From assembly GCF_004010195.1 (NCBI RefSeq), contig NC_057720.1, positions 35,727,345 to 35,791,344 of the forward strand: a stretch of DNA of 64,000 nucleotides, given 5' to 3'. The position numbers and the translations under genes were made by a program. Below, piece after piece: positions 25,487-39,630 of this stretch; within the stretch, counting starts at the first letter, position 1; every line of letters begins with the position of its first letter. This DNA is from Chiloscyllium plagiosum (Eukaryota). The notes beneath the pieces were generated by a model, which worked only from the letters and a program-made list of their open reading frames with translations, was not told the DNA's origin and did no database searches.

Positions 25487-26811
25487 CATTTCTCTAATAG
25501 AAAGGAAGGTACAGGGACAATCAAAGCAGTAATCACCCTGAGCTGCCCCTGTGTTTTCTACAACAGCTGGTTACTAGGATGGTATCAGCAGAAGCCTGAG
25601 AGTAGGATTTCTGTCTGGCCTCTTACCTAGGAATGGTTTATACGAGCCAGTGAGACCTAGAGAAAGGAAATGGGAAAAGCATGTTCCATAGCATAGCAAA
25701 ACAAAATCTTCAACAAAGACAAAGGGAGTGTATATCTTCTTTTTTGTAAAGGGAAGAAGCAAAAAACACAATTTTTTAAGTGAATTGGCACAGGATAAGC
25801 ATCCCAAAACTTAAGTTCTAGTTAGGTTACTTTATTTTTATTTCAAGTCATTTTAATGGAAAAATGGGGGAAAAGGATGTGGTGACTTAATTCTTTTCCC
25901 CCTGCAGCTATTGGTTAAGGTGAATGTGTGAATAGCTAACCTGGCTAGGCATCTTCATTTTGTGGGTCACTGCTTGGGTAATGGTCTATTAATTTGCTCT
26001 ATTTTCCCATGTGAGTCAAACTCAATTTCTTGGGTGGATTGTGAGCTAACTGTTGACACTGTGATTGATTGGTTGAACAGATGTTGCTCCCACCCCCCCA
26101 AAAAAACACTAACGGGCAGTATCTGCTACATCCGAGAGTACCTGCCTCACACCATGAAAAATGACAAAAATATTGTACAATAAATAAGGTTTACAAACCC
26201 AATTTAAAACTATTATGGAAGGCTATATTACAGATGGGGCTGCTTGATACTCATCTCAACTAAAATAGAATTTTTTTATCAATGTGTTTTAAGGCATTAT
26301 CAAGTACAATAATGCATTTATAAATTCAATTTTTTTGCTGAAAGATTCTGTTGTTTGCGATTGAATATTTTGTGACAATATAAACACACAATGACAGTCA
26401 AAAATTAATTTCTCAAACATGGGTCAAAAGGAGATTTTGATCTGAATTTGTCAAGGGCAAAAAATGTCACCGACTACAAGGCTCGTGGTGGATTTAGAAA
26501 CTTTTTTTGTGTTTGTTTCTTCTTATCATCTTGTTATCCCTTCTATTTTGTGGAAGTCTATTTTCTCTTTTTTTGTCTCACAAGCCCTATACACAAGGAA
26601 GGGATGGTTGGGCAACCTTCTTGCTGAGTTGGGATTTCTAAATTTCTTTTGCTCCTTTTCTGAGAGAGAGAGTGAAAGAAGGACTGGAGAATGAGAGAGA
26701 GAGATTAATGTTATGACCACTTTAAAAAACAACTTAAAACATATGCAAATTCCAGTTAATTCCAGAAAAGATTATGTGACAGAATTTCATGTTTTTGAGT
26801 TTTATTGAAGA

Positions 26812-27042
26812 ATTAGAAATGATAGAATCCCTACAGTGTGGAAACAGGCCATTCAGCCCATCAAATCCACACCAACCCTCCAAAAAGCATCCCACCCACC
26901 CTCTACCCGATCCCTGTAACCCTGCATTTCCCATGGCTAATCCAGCCAGCCTGCACATCCCGGGACATTGTGGACAATTTAGCACAGCCAACCCACCTAA
27001 CCTGAACATCTTTCGACTGTGGGAAGAAACTGGAGCACCCAC
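26812..27042 (-). mobile_element. HE1-type SINE, 3' part
   Basis: Colinear with 21334-21530. Truncated where a family A element begins. Confidence 0.85.
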
Positions 27043-27205
27043 AGAGAATCCACCCTGGAGGCTCCCTGCCTCATTCCCGATGAAGGGCTTTTGCCTGAAA
27101 CGTCGATTTTCCTGCTCCTCGGATGCTGCCTGACCTGCTGTCCTTTTCCAGCACCACTCTAATCTAGACTCTGATCTCCAGCATCTGCAGTCCTCACTTT
27201 CACCT
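27043..27205 (+). mobile_element. PLE-derived family A element
   Basis: cattcCCGATGAagggcttttgcctGAAAcgtcgattttcctgctcctcggatgctgcc. Confidence 0.85.
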
Positions 27206-27924
27206 GTTAGACTAATCTGTTTGTCTGTAACATTATGATATTTCAGGAAAGCCTGTAACCCTATCTTACAACAATATTGGTTATGCATGGGTGTTGTATC
27301 CAGGTACAATGCTGATTAGCTATTCCTGAGACCCTAATTCTATCCTACCTGGGAATAAATGGACAGTTCAATGTATTCCATTTTACCACCTGACATTTCT
27401 AACACTTCCTTGGGATTTGGCGACCTCACAGTCTGTCCATTATCATAAAGCTGCCTTTTCCATTGTCTGGAAGTATTGAAGCAAAGGTCAAATGTTGCCC
27501 TAAATTTAAGGACAATCCCAAAACATATTGACCTTGTGAATCTCATAATTATAAGACTAGAAAGGTTTCCCTGGTCAGTTGATAATTCTTTAATTTGTTT
27601 GCAAAGTATCTTAAACTTCAGACTTCGTTGCTAAAAAAATTTATTACTGATTTGTTTTGGCATTTTGCCACAATGCCTTTTGAGAATGGATGTCAAACTG
27701 GTTCAGTGTTATCCTTGTTGCATTGTGAGTAAGACTAAATTGAACAAGAAGGAGGCAGAATAATTGAAAGGATGAAAGAAGAACGGACAGATCTCAGGCC
27801 ACCCAAAATGATCTCGCGAGTTAAATATTTTTATCATGTTATTAATGTTATCATGTGGACAAAGCTGGCAAAGTCCTGCAAACAGCGTTAGATAATTACC
27901 AGATAATTTGGGCAGGATACCAGG

Positions 27925-28145
27925 AAAAAAGCAAGCTGTTCTTCTTCAAATGATACTGTGGGGCATCTTACATCTACCTGAGATGCGAGAAAGGATTATG
28001 ATTTAATGTCTTATCTGACAGTATAGCACTCTTTCACAGGACCATCAAGACTGTGTTATGTTCTCAGCTCTTTACAGTAGGACTTGAACCTGAAACCTTA
28101 CTGGTTTAGAGACTTCAGTCCTACCACTGAGCCAAGGCTGACACC
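27925..28145 (-). mobile_element. Deu-domain SINE (SacSINE1/AmnSINE1-related), decayed
   Basis: gttcttcttcaaatgatactgtggggcatcttacatctacctgag...tttaatgtcttatctga resembles the antisense Deu core. tRNA-like head antisense: ggacttgaacc...taccactgagcca. Confidence 0.65.
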
Positions 28146-29964
28146 AATAGGACTGGATTAAGCAATACATATTCCTGCTTTGTTAATTAAGGGTTTTTTT
28201 AAAAACAATTAAAAAGAATGAATATCTCAATTTTCAATTGTTGGCCACATTTAAAGAAATAGATTTGAAATATAAAGACGCTGAACCTTCTTTAATTTCA
28301 AAGATATTACGTATTAAAGGTCTTGGCAGACAGATACTCCAGGTACATCACCTTAGCACAATGAGATATTAAAGTACTTCAATTGTCATCTCCTGCAACC
28401 AACTACTGCACTTAGAAAAGACGTTTTTTTTTATTGTAGCAATACTGTCTTGCTTTACATTTGCAAATTTTGGACATTTTATGGAATCTGAACCAGAAGC
28501 CAGAGAGTGAGGTTGGCAAGCTGGAGACATTGCAAAACAAGAAGACAAACCAGGCCACCTTATTTCAACTTAGTTTTTAAGTTATTTTTAAAAATAAATG
28601 TCTAAATCCCTCTGCCAAGGGAAAGTTCAAGAGCCCCCATTAATTCAGAAGTAAAATGACGAATTCATCTTCTGATGACAATTAAATGAAGTACGTTTGT
28701 AATTGATATTAATTGATCCATGGAGAGCCATTTCATATTTTACAGTCTGCACTAAAAACTGCTAACACAGCGTATTTTTTTGATTTTTTTTTTTTGGTCA
28801 GCAACAAGATTTGTTCAGTCAAGCTGCCAAAGGTTTATGGGACACAGCAGTTCTAAAAAAATGCGACACGTGTATAATTAGTTAAAAATTTATATCAGTG
28901 CCAGTTCCTGACACAAGGGTGCCTGCTGAGCTTTTCTGATCTCTACAGGTACTCATTTCCACATCAAAGGGGACCCCCCTTTAAATCAGTTCTTTTATAA
29001 ATTTCCTTTGCAACACAGGTAACTGACAATTTACATTTGTTAACAAAAATTTATAGTTTTCATCTGGATGTAGTTTGCTCCACATCATTTTCCAGTCAAA
29101 CATCAACCATTTGGTGCGAAAATACAACCACCTTTCCAACTATGACAATGTTAGCACATTTACTTGATTTAAGTGATTTTTTTTTCTAATGAAGCACTTA
29201 GTTGCTGTTTGAGGGTTAGGCTGTGTGCAGTGCTATAATGAAGCTAATGACATATATTATTTGTGCCACTTTGGGAAAGAATAAAAGAAATTGGTCCGAA
29301 CATGTCTTTAAAGCATTTGAAATCCTAAAGATTTTTGATGCTCTTTAGCCTTCTTCCAATTAGTAACTTTTATCGCCTAGATTTTTTTTGTTGGTACGCT
29401 GGGAACTGTATGACAGAATAGATACATCCACTTCTGTAATGTAATAAATGATGATTTTGCAAAGTATGAAAAGCGTGATAAGATTGATCAATTAAATTTT
29501 TAATTCATGTACAAGTCGGATGTTGAGAAGAGAGTCTCACCAAAATGATTTTACGTAAAGATCAAGCAGCGGCGAAGACTGATTTTAATATAATTTGTTC
29601 CTTGGCTAATATTTTGCTTTATTCTTTATAAAGGTACCTCTGTTTAAGAATTGAGTGGTCATAACATTGATGATGAAAACTAGCTGATAGAGGTTATTAA
29701 AGTAATTGTTAAGCTACATTAACATTATTAGAAACTTCTTATCCACTGCAATCAGTGGTTGTACCATTTATAATCTGGTGAGTAGACCTGCAGCACACAA
29801 GATAACTACCTCAACCTTCCCCCCTTGGGAATCATGCTTCCTCTTACCATGGATGTTATTGAGAACTGTTGCACCTTAGCTGAAATAATTCAGTTACAAG
29901 AACGTTAGACTGGAAATCAAACTGTCAATGCTTCAATCCTGGGCTTTGGCAGTGAGTCTGGCTG

Positions 29965-32457
29965 TTTTAAGGATGTAATAACAGAGCAGTTAGAAGTACA
30001 CAGTACAAGCAGGGAGAGTTAGCAGTTAGCCTGGAAAATTGATTAGAACTCTTTAAGAAAGGAGCAACTACAATAGATAAAGAGTAGATGTAATATACTT
30101 GAATTTCTAGATTTACCTTGGATAAGATACTTCACATTAGACTCCTTAATAAGATAAGAGCCCATGATATTAGGGGTAGTACATTACATGGATAGAGGAT
30201 TGGCTAACTAATAGAAAGTTGGGATAAAGGGCACATTTTCAGGATTGCAGTCTGTGTTTAGTGGAATGTCACAGAGATCAGTGCTGTAACCAATTATTTA
30301 CAATATATATTCATGCCTTAGGTGATTGAAGTGAATAGTCTGTTGCCAAGTTTACAGGTGGCACAAAAATACTTGGGAAGGAAAGTGGTGAGGATGACAC
30401 AAAGAGTGTGCAGAGGAATATAGGATATAGAGTCATAGAATCATAGAGATGTACAGCATGGAAACAGACCCTTCGGTCCAACTTGTCCATGCCAATCAGA
30501 TATCATAACCTAATCTGGTCCCATTTGCCAGCACCTTCCTATTCATATACCCATTCAAATGCCTTTTAAATGCTGTAATTGTCTCAGCCTTCGCCACTTC
30601 CTCTGGCAGCTCGTTTCATACACACACCACCCTCTGCATGAAAAGTTGCCCCTTAGGTCCCTTTTAAACATTTCCCCTCTCAGCCTAAACCTATGCCCTC
30701 TAGTTCTGGACTCCCCCACCCCAAGGAAAAGACCTTGTCTATTTATCCTATCAATGCCCCTCATGATTTTAAAAACCTCTATAAGGTCACCCCTCAGCCT
30801 CTGACACTCCAGGGAAAACAGCCTCAATCTATTCAGCCTCAATCTATTCAGCCTCTCCCTATAGCTCAAATCCTCCAACCCTGGCAACATCCTTGTAAAT
30901 CTTTTCTGTACCCTTTCAAGTCTCTCAACATCCTTCAAATAGAGGGGCGATCAAAATTCCATACAACATTCCAAAAGCTGTCTAGTCAATATCCTATACA
31001 GTTGCAACATGACCTCCCAACTCCTGCACTCGATGCTCTGGCCAATAATGGAAAGCATACTAAACTCCTCCTTCACTATCCTACCTACCTGTGACTCCAC
31101 TTTCAAGGAACTAGGAATCTGCACTCCAATGTCTCTTTGTTCAGCACCATTCCTCCGGACCTTACAATTCAGCGTATAAGTCCTGCTGTAATCTGCCTTT
31201 CCAAAATGCAGCACCTCACATTTATCTAAACTCCATCCGCCACTCCTCAGCCCATTGGCCCATCTGATCAAAATCCTATTGTACTCTGAGGTAACCTTCT
31301 TCACTGTCCACAACACCTTCAAATATTGGTGTCATCTGCAAACTTAATAACTATATCTCCTATTTCACATCGAAATTATTTCTATAAATGACGAAAAGCA
31401 GTGGACCCAGCACTGATTCTTGTAGCACTCCACTGGTCACAGGCCTCCAGTCTGAAAAGCAACCCTCCACCACCATCCTCTGTCTTCTACCTTTGAGCCA
31501 GTTCTGTATCCAAATGGCTAGTTCTCCATGTGTTCCATGAGATCTAATCTTGCTAACCAGTCTCCCATGAGTATGTTAAGTAAGTGAGAAACAAATTGGA
31601 AGATGGATTATAGCATGACAAATTCCGAGCTTATGCATTTTGTGGGAAGAGTAGAGAAGCTGAATACTGTTTAAATATAAAATGACTGCAAGAAATGGCT
31701 GCACAGAGGAATTTGGGAGTTCTTGTGCATAAATCACAAAACGTCAGCAGCCAAGTTCATGAGGAAATAGAGAAGACAGATGGAACATTGACCTTTATTT
31801 CAAAGGGAGGTCTTGTTAAAACTATGCAAGGAACTACTTAGACCATTACTGGAACGCTGTGAACAATGTTGGTTCCCCTCATCTAAGTAACTGGTGCTGC
31901 AAGCAGTCAAAAAGGATTCACAACATTGATCCCAGGTTTGGAAGGGAATTTCTGTTCTGAGGAGAAGTTGATTATATTGTGCAGACATGCATTGGAGTTT
32001 AGGAGAATGAAGAGCATCCTTACTGAAACACATAAGATTCTTAGGAGACTTGACAAGATAGGTACAGAGAGGTTGTTTCCCCTTGTGGGAGTACCAGATG
32101 GCAAAATCTCAGTGTAAAGGCTGCCCAGTTTAGACAGTTAAAAATCACACAACAGCAGGTTATAGTCCAACAGGTTTAATTGGAAGCACACAGAGATGAG
32201 GATGAAATTGTTCTCTGTGAACCTATGGAATTCTTTACCACAGAGGGCTGACAAGGCTGGCTTGTGAAGTATAGTCAAGGCTGAGATGGACAAACTTTAA
32301 TTATTATAGGAATCAAGGGTAAGGATAGTAAGAGTTATGGGGAAAGGCAGAAAAGTGGAGTTGAGGATTATTAAATTTAGTTATGATCTTATCAAATGGT
32401 GGAGCTGATTTGAGAAGCCAAATGGGCTACTTCTGCTCCTACATCTTATGGTCTATA
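29965..32457 (+). mobile_element. Old CR1 LINE (RT domain to 3' end), split by a younger antisense CR1 and a family B fragment (~32137-32190)
   Basis: Decayed RT motifs (gtagatgtaatatacttgaatttc; gccaagtttacaggtggcacaaaa) before 30425. The element resumes at ~31573 and ends in the tail ttatggtctat. Confidence 0.8.
30426..31572 (-). mobile_element. CR1 LINE 3' ~1.1 kb, nested
   Basis: ORFs 30555-30938 and 30951-31322 (KCEVLHFG, ERVQKRFTRMLPG, RGDLIEVFK). 15-bp tandem duplication cagcctcaatctatt near 30820-30855. Confidence 0.95.
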
Positions 32458-33017
32458 ATCTTATTGCCCTGGATCTAGCATTACAGAAAAAGTGCAACTC
32501 GAATACTGGGTTGATATTGGTGCTGCATTTGTATGGAGCAGGTTTTGCTTCACTTTGCATGCATTGGCAAGAGAAATAATGAGGTTCTTGCTTGCCTTTC
32601 TGTTATTGACATAATATTGAATTCCCTTTGCTAGCTGCAGATAGCTATTGAAACAACCAAAGAAGGAAGCTTGATATGGAAGTCCAATTCCCTGTGAGTA
32701 GCAGTGTCACCACAATTATTGGTTGCTGTGTTATGTTACACAATTCAATGAGATTAACAGCATTCTTTTGAGGTATTTCCAGTTTGACATGACTGATTTG
32801 ATGGAAGCTTGCGATGATAGCTTCAAAGTTGGCATTCATGGGTTTCAGCACAAAATGGACAGTGCAGTTGGAATAACCTTCCAAAGGTTATCTTCAAAAC
32901 CTTGGCAAATAATTTGCAGTGTCCAATGTGAATTCAGTATTCACCTTGCCAGTTAGCATTGTTTTTTTTTCCAGTATGTTTGGAGAGGAGAACTGGAAAA
33001 GTACATTAAATTCAGTA

Positions 33018-33815
33018 ATAGAACATAGAACAGTACAGTACAGAACAGGCCCTTCAGCCCATGATGTTGTGCCGACCATTGATCCTCATGTATGCACCCT
33101 CGAATTTCTGTGACCATATGCATGTCCAGCAGTCTCTTAAATGTTCCCAATGACCTTGCTTCCACAACTGCTGCTGGAAACGCATTCCATGCTCTCACAA
33201 CTCTCTGTGTAAAGAACCCGCCTCTGACATCCCCTCTATACTTTCCTCCAACCAGCTTAAAACTATGACCNNNNNNNNNNNNNNNNNNNNNNNNNNNNNN
33301 NNNNNNNNNNNNNNNNNNNNNNNNNNNNNNNNNNNNNNNNNNNNNNNNNNNNNNNNNNNNNNNNNNAACAAGATCTCACGGCTCTTAAACTCAATCCCCC
33401 TGTTAATGAAAGCCAAAACACCATATGCTTTCTTAACCACCCTGTCCACTTGGGTGGCCATTTTAAGGGCTCTATGTACCTGCACACCAAGATCCCTCTG
33501 TTCCTCCACATTGCAAGAATCCTATCCTTAATCCTGTACTCAGCTTTCAAATTCGACCAACCAAATTGCATCTCCTCGCATTTATCTAGGTTGAACTCCA
33601 TCTGCCACCTCTCAGCCCATCTCTGCATCCTGTCAATGTCCCGCTGCAGCCTACAACAGCCCTCAACGACACCTCCAACCTTTGTGTCGTCTGCAAACTT
33701 GCTGACCCATCCTTCAATCCCCTCATCCAAGTCATTAATAAAAATTACAAACAGTAGAGGCCCAAGGACAGAGCTTTGTGGAACACCACTCACCACTGAT
33801 TTCCAGGCAGAATAT
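33018..33815 (-). mobile_element. CR1 LINE 3' part spanning an assembly gap
   Basis: ORF 33263-33796 reads [24 protein letters not shown]...SKFADDTK (RT catalytic motif). Tail agaacatagaacag. Confidence 0.95.
33271..33366. other. Assembly gap (96 N)
   Basis: Run of N. Confidence 1.
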
Positions 33816-35669
33816 TTTCGTTCTATTCTGGACCAAGTATTTTAATTTCCTTTCCCAAAAATCAGATACGTGAACCATATGCCTTCTTTTTACACAGCCC
33901 TGCTAATGAATGACAAGGTGGCTTAACTGGTTATTGGAATCTGCAGTAATGATTTTGTCATTTGAACTGAAACCCTTCCTACCAATTTCCAGAAAGCTTG
34001 CCAACCAATACACCAAAAGTAGTGCATCATCGCAGCTTAGTAGTTCAGAAAGCTCACTAGCAGTTTACAACAGTTGGCAATGTGGGTTTACTTATTTCCC
34101 TGTGAGTACTTTGGAATTCTTACACCTTCGCCTTGCCAATCAAAACGTTAGCTATTTGCTCTTGAACAAGTAAGATGCACACATACAGCAGGAAAATATG
34201 AACTCCATGTTTCACAAACTGAAACTTCTTTGTGATTGAACACTACATTCCTGTGGGTTTATATAAATGTTAAACATCTTTGTGACTTAAGAAAAAGGGA
34301 TCTTCTATGTTGAATAATCATTGCTCCACGTTAGTGCACAGCTTAGTCAAGAATTGGCAACATTGCCCCAAACAGCTTGCATCAAGCTGTGTAAGAAGAC
34401 AAGTGGCTGGATGATCTTCTCAGAAAGTGTCTTTCATTTCATTGCTGCTTCCCCCCCATCAGGTCAGATCAAGAAACATTGCAACGAGGACGCTACTGAA
34501 TAGGAGCTAACCTTTCTTCACTCGCCACCTTTGCCTTTTCCTTACCTGTGATGAATGCCTCAACCTGTGTTCCCTCTTGTAAATTGCTAAAACTATCTGA
34601 CCTATTCACATCTGAGACAGTGCCTGCTTCATAGTATGCTGGTGATAAAGTGCAATGTCGAAACAAATGTTACTAGAATTCAAGCAGCTGTGTAGAAAGA
34701 GAAGATAGCATATGATGCTTGCACATATATAATAATGTGCCCATGCTTTAGCTCTGCATAATTTTACAACACAATGTAGTCCTTCTTTAAAACTCCTGAA
34801 AATTGTAGGCAGTGGTGTGATGAAAGTTTTAATCTTGCCCTTTTGATGCATCATCTGCTGTACTGCTTGCTTGTCCAGTTAAATGTAAAAATTGTAATCA
34901 GCATCCTGTGCATGTCGCAAGTTCAATACTTTCATATTGAAAGGCCCAGTGGCATGAAATAGAATGGTACTTGGGCTAACCAGCAGGCCAGCCCTTCTTC
35001 ACTCATCATCTCTGCTCCTTCCACACTTCCAATAAAAGGCTCAACTTTGAAACCTCAGCACTGCCAATAGGAAAGGTAGGTGTTGTTGAGAAAGTCCAGT
35101 GACCTCAGGGTGCCTCAAAATGGAGGTAAGTTCAAATTAAACTCTTGGGGGCTGAGGGCAGTATAAGCCTGAATGGGGCAGAGGGAAATATCTTTGAGGA
35201 AGTTGTTAATGCGACTTGTGTGCTCTGGCTCAGATAGTGCCCACAAAGCTGGTGCTTTCCCAAGCTGCTGAAAGGCCCACCCCACCCTCAACAAAAAGCC
35301 AGAGACCCTGAGCAGTAGGGTCTTTCATTAGCCTAGTCATCTGCCTGTTTCCATAGAAAGACAATTGATTCGCCTCTCATCCTGCCACTAGGAAATGTTT
35401 CCATTGTGTTGAGGCTGTTTTACCAGCCTCCCGCTCTTACAACCCCTCCACCTTTTCCCCCAACACTCCAGCTATCTCTTATTCAGGTCTGAGAAAATTC
35501 AGTTGACATTTTCAGTGGAGCAGTTTGTATTTGGATGTGGGATGAAGTATTTTGCTCTCTTAAAAAGGAAAAGCTGGCCTAATTTTGGCTGAACTGAACC
35601 TCCAACATCTGATTTCTGGGCAGCTTTGATGGTTGTTGTGGGGACATCATTTTTCTGCACCACTTGGAA

Positions 35670-36020
35670 GTTGGCTCAATCAGGGGGTAAATGTGACTGA
35701 AACCATGATTTTCTTTTGAGAAAAATAACTGTTCTCACGTCGATGACTTGCATTTGAATTATGCTGCAGTGTTTATGACATTGCATACATATGCCTTGTT
35801 ATTGAACTTTGTTTTCTAAAGAAATAAAATGTAAAAGCAAGTGGTGCGACTGGGACTAATTTCCACTCAAAAAAGGCATTTTGACAAAACATCATATGGC
35901 ACGTGCTTAGAATATCTGAGAAGGAGCGAGAAGGCAGATTAAAATGTGATTTTCTCTCTGCAGTAATCACGGGATTTGATCCTGACATCGACAAAGGCAA
36001 TGATCCCTTTTTCACTTTTG
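35670..36020. promoter_or_regulatory. Candidate conserved non-coding element
   Basis: Repeat-free, CpG-retaining block with an E-box (cacgtg) and acaaag/ctttgt motifs. Conservation not tested. Confidence 0.35.
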
Positions 36021-37964
36021 TAAAATAGGCCTATAACCACTCATGGAGTCAATATTTAAACAGTATTTAAAATTCATTGGAGCACCTGTGCTGCAGATCC
36101 AATGAGTGCTTCCATCTGGGTCTGTGTGTAGTTAGAACCTTATCGACTCTTTATCCTGACAAATTATGACGCACAAATACGTAGTAAAACTAATTTATCA
36201 TATGTGAACATTACACTGTGGAAACACAACAGAAGGACTAGACTTAAGCAGGTGTACTACATGGATAATATATTTGACATATTAATAAACTGCTGCTTAG
36301 CTCAATATCACAGATGTAGGATCCTGATAAAGTGTGATAGATTGCTTATTGATGAAATACATATGCTTTGAATCATCAGCTTTAGCTTCCTGTACTGAAG
36401 GGGGTCGATCATTACATAGTTTTGTGTAGTGAGACTAAAATGTTTGCATTCTGTGATGAAGGAAACTAATTGGGTTCTGGAGTTTAAGTAGTTGTCTGCA
36501 AGAGGATCTTACAGACTTCCTGATAGTAAAAAGAAGAGATAGTTATATAAACTGGTCTGCAGAACCTGGTTGATCATAACATAGCTGATGACATGGAAAC
36601 TGCATTATCTGTATATTTAGAGTCAACTCTGCTGCAGTTAAATTATTTTTCTTCATATATGTGAAATACACTATTTTATGTTTTAAAAAAGAGAATTGTA
36701 CAGTTTTTCGAACTATGAAAATTCATGGTGATATAGTAACAACAACAAAACCATACAAAAAGAGCCATCAATAAGTTTGACTGCTACTGAAGTTGTATAT
36801 ATGAAATAGCATGATAGGGATTCTGAGGGAAGACATTGATTGGATTCAGTTACTGGAACAGTCTGGAACGAATCCAGATGACAATCCATCCTAAATGGTA
36901 CTGTTTGATGCAAAAGACACTGAGCTGGAAGCTTTCCTCAATAATGTTGCTTTTCTTCTAAATGTAATTGAATTTGAAGCATTGTTTTAATAGGTTTTCT
37001 CACTGTATATAGTTGACACTGCTGTGTACCAACATGTTTTCATGCATTTGCAAAAGCACTTTTTCTCTTGAAATAAACAAGTTTTATTCTTAGAAGGATT
37101 GCACATTGCACAGAATTCTAAGCGAATTGGCACTATTGTGTTTGTTTTCTTTATATTTGCTTCTGTTTTTCCATATCTTTTTGAACTCCTCAGACCTCAG
37201 TAATTATAAATTTTGATAGAATCCTGTAACCTTTCGTTGAAAGTCAATGAATTCTGTAATAATACAGCGTGAATAAAATTTATGCTTCTCATGTATCATT
37301 TGGAAGAATCTCCAGTGTCAAACGTTCAAGCAGTTCTTGTGCCTTCCTTTTAGTAATAAATAGGAGCTGAGGTGACACACTTTTTGGCTCTTCTTTTCCA
37401 TTATAAATAGCACAAAGTATAAAAATCCAGTTGTTGAGAATCTCATCTTTCTGGTGGGTTTCTCATAGTTGGAGGCACCCCATAGCTATATTTCAAAGCT
37501 TTTCACTGTTATGTGAAAAGCTTTGGCTTGTTTCTGACATGATAGGGAATGTATAAATGCATGGCCTCTCAAATCAGTCATAGCTTCAAACATCACTTTC
37601 CTGTGCCTATGAACAATGATGTGAAGAACTAAATAATTGAAGGCCAAATAGTGTGAATATTTCCTACCCTCCTATTCTATTGAGAAAAACTATTACAGAC
37701 GTGTGTTAATGGCTTTGCATGGAAACATTTAGTGGTGTTTGTTACTTTGGCATTTAATTTCACCTTCTTATCGATGATGCACTATGCCCAAATTTTTACC
37801 ACGCAGAAAATGATGAGAGAAGCTGGAAATCCTAGCACCTGCACCAAACTCAGAATATCTCATTTTCACCTCAGTGGGATTAGGATGGTCTGTAGTTTGT
37901 TCACATTGCCATTTGGTAAGGAAAAGTAGGCATGCTTGTGCATAAAATGTATATTAATGCATTA

Positions 37965-38980
37965 TTTTTATTCATTCAAGGAATGTGGGCATTGCTTGAT
38001 AAGCCAGCATTTATGGTCCATCCTTAATTCCGCTAGAGAGAGTGGTGATGAACTATCTATTGAATTGCTGCAGTCCATGAGGAATAGATACAACAATAGT
38101 GCTTTTATGAAGGGAGTGCCAGGACTTTGACTAAGTTGCAGTGAAGGAACCATGAGATAGTTCCAAGTCAGAATAAGTTGTGGCTTAGAAGAGAACTTAC
38201 AGCAGATGTTTTCTCATGCATCTGCAGCCTTGTCTTTCTAGGTGATGGAAGTCACAGGTTTGGAAGTTACTGCGGAAAGAACCTTGGTGCACCAAGACAG
38301 TGTGCCTTGTATTTGATCAATAATGCTGCTACTACTGAGTGTTGATGGTGAAGATAGTGAATGTTGAAGATGGTGGATGGGGTGCCAATCAAATTGGATA
38401 GTGTCCTGAGTAGTATTGAACCCCTTGAGTGTTGTTAGAGTGACATTCATCCAGACTGGTGGAAAGTATTCCATCAGAATCTGGACTTGTGCCTTGTCGG
38501 TAATTGACAGGCATTAGGGAGATAGGAGGTGAGTTACTCACTGCTGAATTCCTTGCCTCTGGCTGACTCTTGTAACCACAATATTTGTATTGTTGCTCTA
38601 ATTCATTTTGATTGATAGTTATCCCATAGTGGAGGATTTGGCAATGGTTATGCCATTGAACTTCCAGGGACAATGGTTAGACTTTCTCTACTTGTCAGTC
38701 CAAGTTTGGATACTATCTGGGACTTGCTGCATGTGAACATGGGCTGTTTCAGTATTTGAGGAGTCCCGAATGATGCTGAACATTGTGCAATCATCAGTTC
38801 AAATTTGCGCTTCTGATCTTATGATGAAGAGATCATTGAAGCTATTAAAGATGATTGAGCATAAGACACTTCCTGATGGACTCCTGCAGTAATATCCTTG
38901 AACTGAGAAGATTAATCTCCAATAACTATAATCATTCTCTTTCTGTGAGGTGTAACTCCAACAGCAGACAGGTTGTCCCA
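37965..38980 (-). mobile_element. Old CR1/L2-group LINE 3' part (second family)
   Basis: ttcattcaaggaatgtgggcattgcttgataagccagcatttat 3' end. Minus ORF MEYFPPVWM. Homologous to 60522-61880. Confidence 0.75.
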
Positions 38981-39129
38981 ATTTTCATACACTCATTGAT
39001 GCTATACTTAGTCAAGAGCTATCAAGCAACTGTCAAGGTAATATCTAAAGCAATATGTCAATCCAAGTAAAACAGCACTAGGTATTTCAGAGTCCTGTCG
39101 ACATAAGCCATTATAAAATCTGTGTTGCA

Positions 39130-39200
39130 TAAACAGAAATTGCTGGAGAAACTCAGTGGGTCTGTTAGCATCTGTGGAGAGAAAGCAGAATTAATGTTTG
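39130..39200 (-). mobile_element. Family C PLE-derived fragment
   Basis: aaacagaaattgctggagaaactcagtgggtctgttagcatctgtggagagaaagcagaattaatgttt, the antisense of the 1350-1412 type. Confidence 0.65.
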
Positions 39201-39331
39201 TTGAACAATGTGTCAGGACAGAGCGGACAAGGTTGGGTGGAGGTGGGAGAGATTCAAAGGGCTGGGTCAAGAGTTTACAATTCTCAGATTGCCAAGCTTC
39301 CTGGGGTTGGCAAGAGTGTTGTTGGGATTTC

Positions 39332-39630
39332 TTTTATTCATTCAAAGAATATGGGCTATTGCCCATCCTTAAAGAGTCCACCCCATTGCTGGAGGTCTGG
39401 TATCACATATAGGCCAGACCAGGAAGGATTGCAGATTTCCTTCCGTAAAGAACATTAGTGAACTAGACTGGTTTTTGCAACAATCAACAATGGTTCATCA
39501 TCATTATTAGACTCTTAATTCCAGATTTCTATTGAATTCAAATTTCACCATCTTGTTTGGTGTGATTCGAACCCCAACCTCCAAATATTGACTGGTTCTC
39601 TGGATTAGTGATGCAACGATGATGCAACTA
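39332..39630 (-). mobile_element. SINE-like repeat (family of 5128 and 18325) with tRNA-like head
   Basis: Antisense of 18325-18545. B-box-like gattcgaacc near 39565. Confidence 0.7.

Noticed and set aside
26734..27309. 191-aa ORF
   Set aside because: Chance read-through across a family A element and an HE1 SINE, with no protein-like features.
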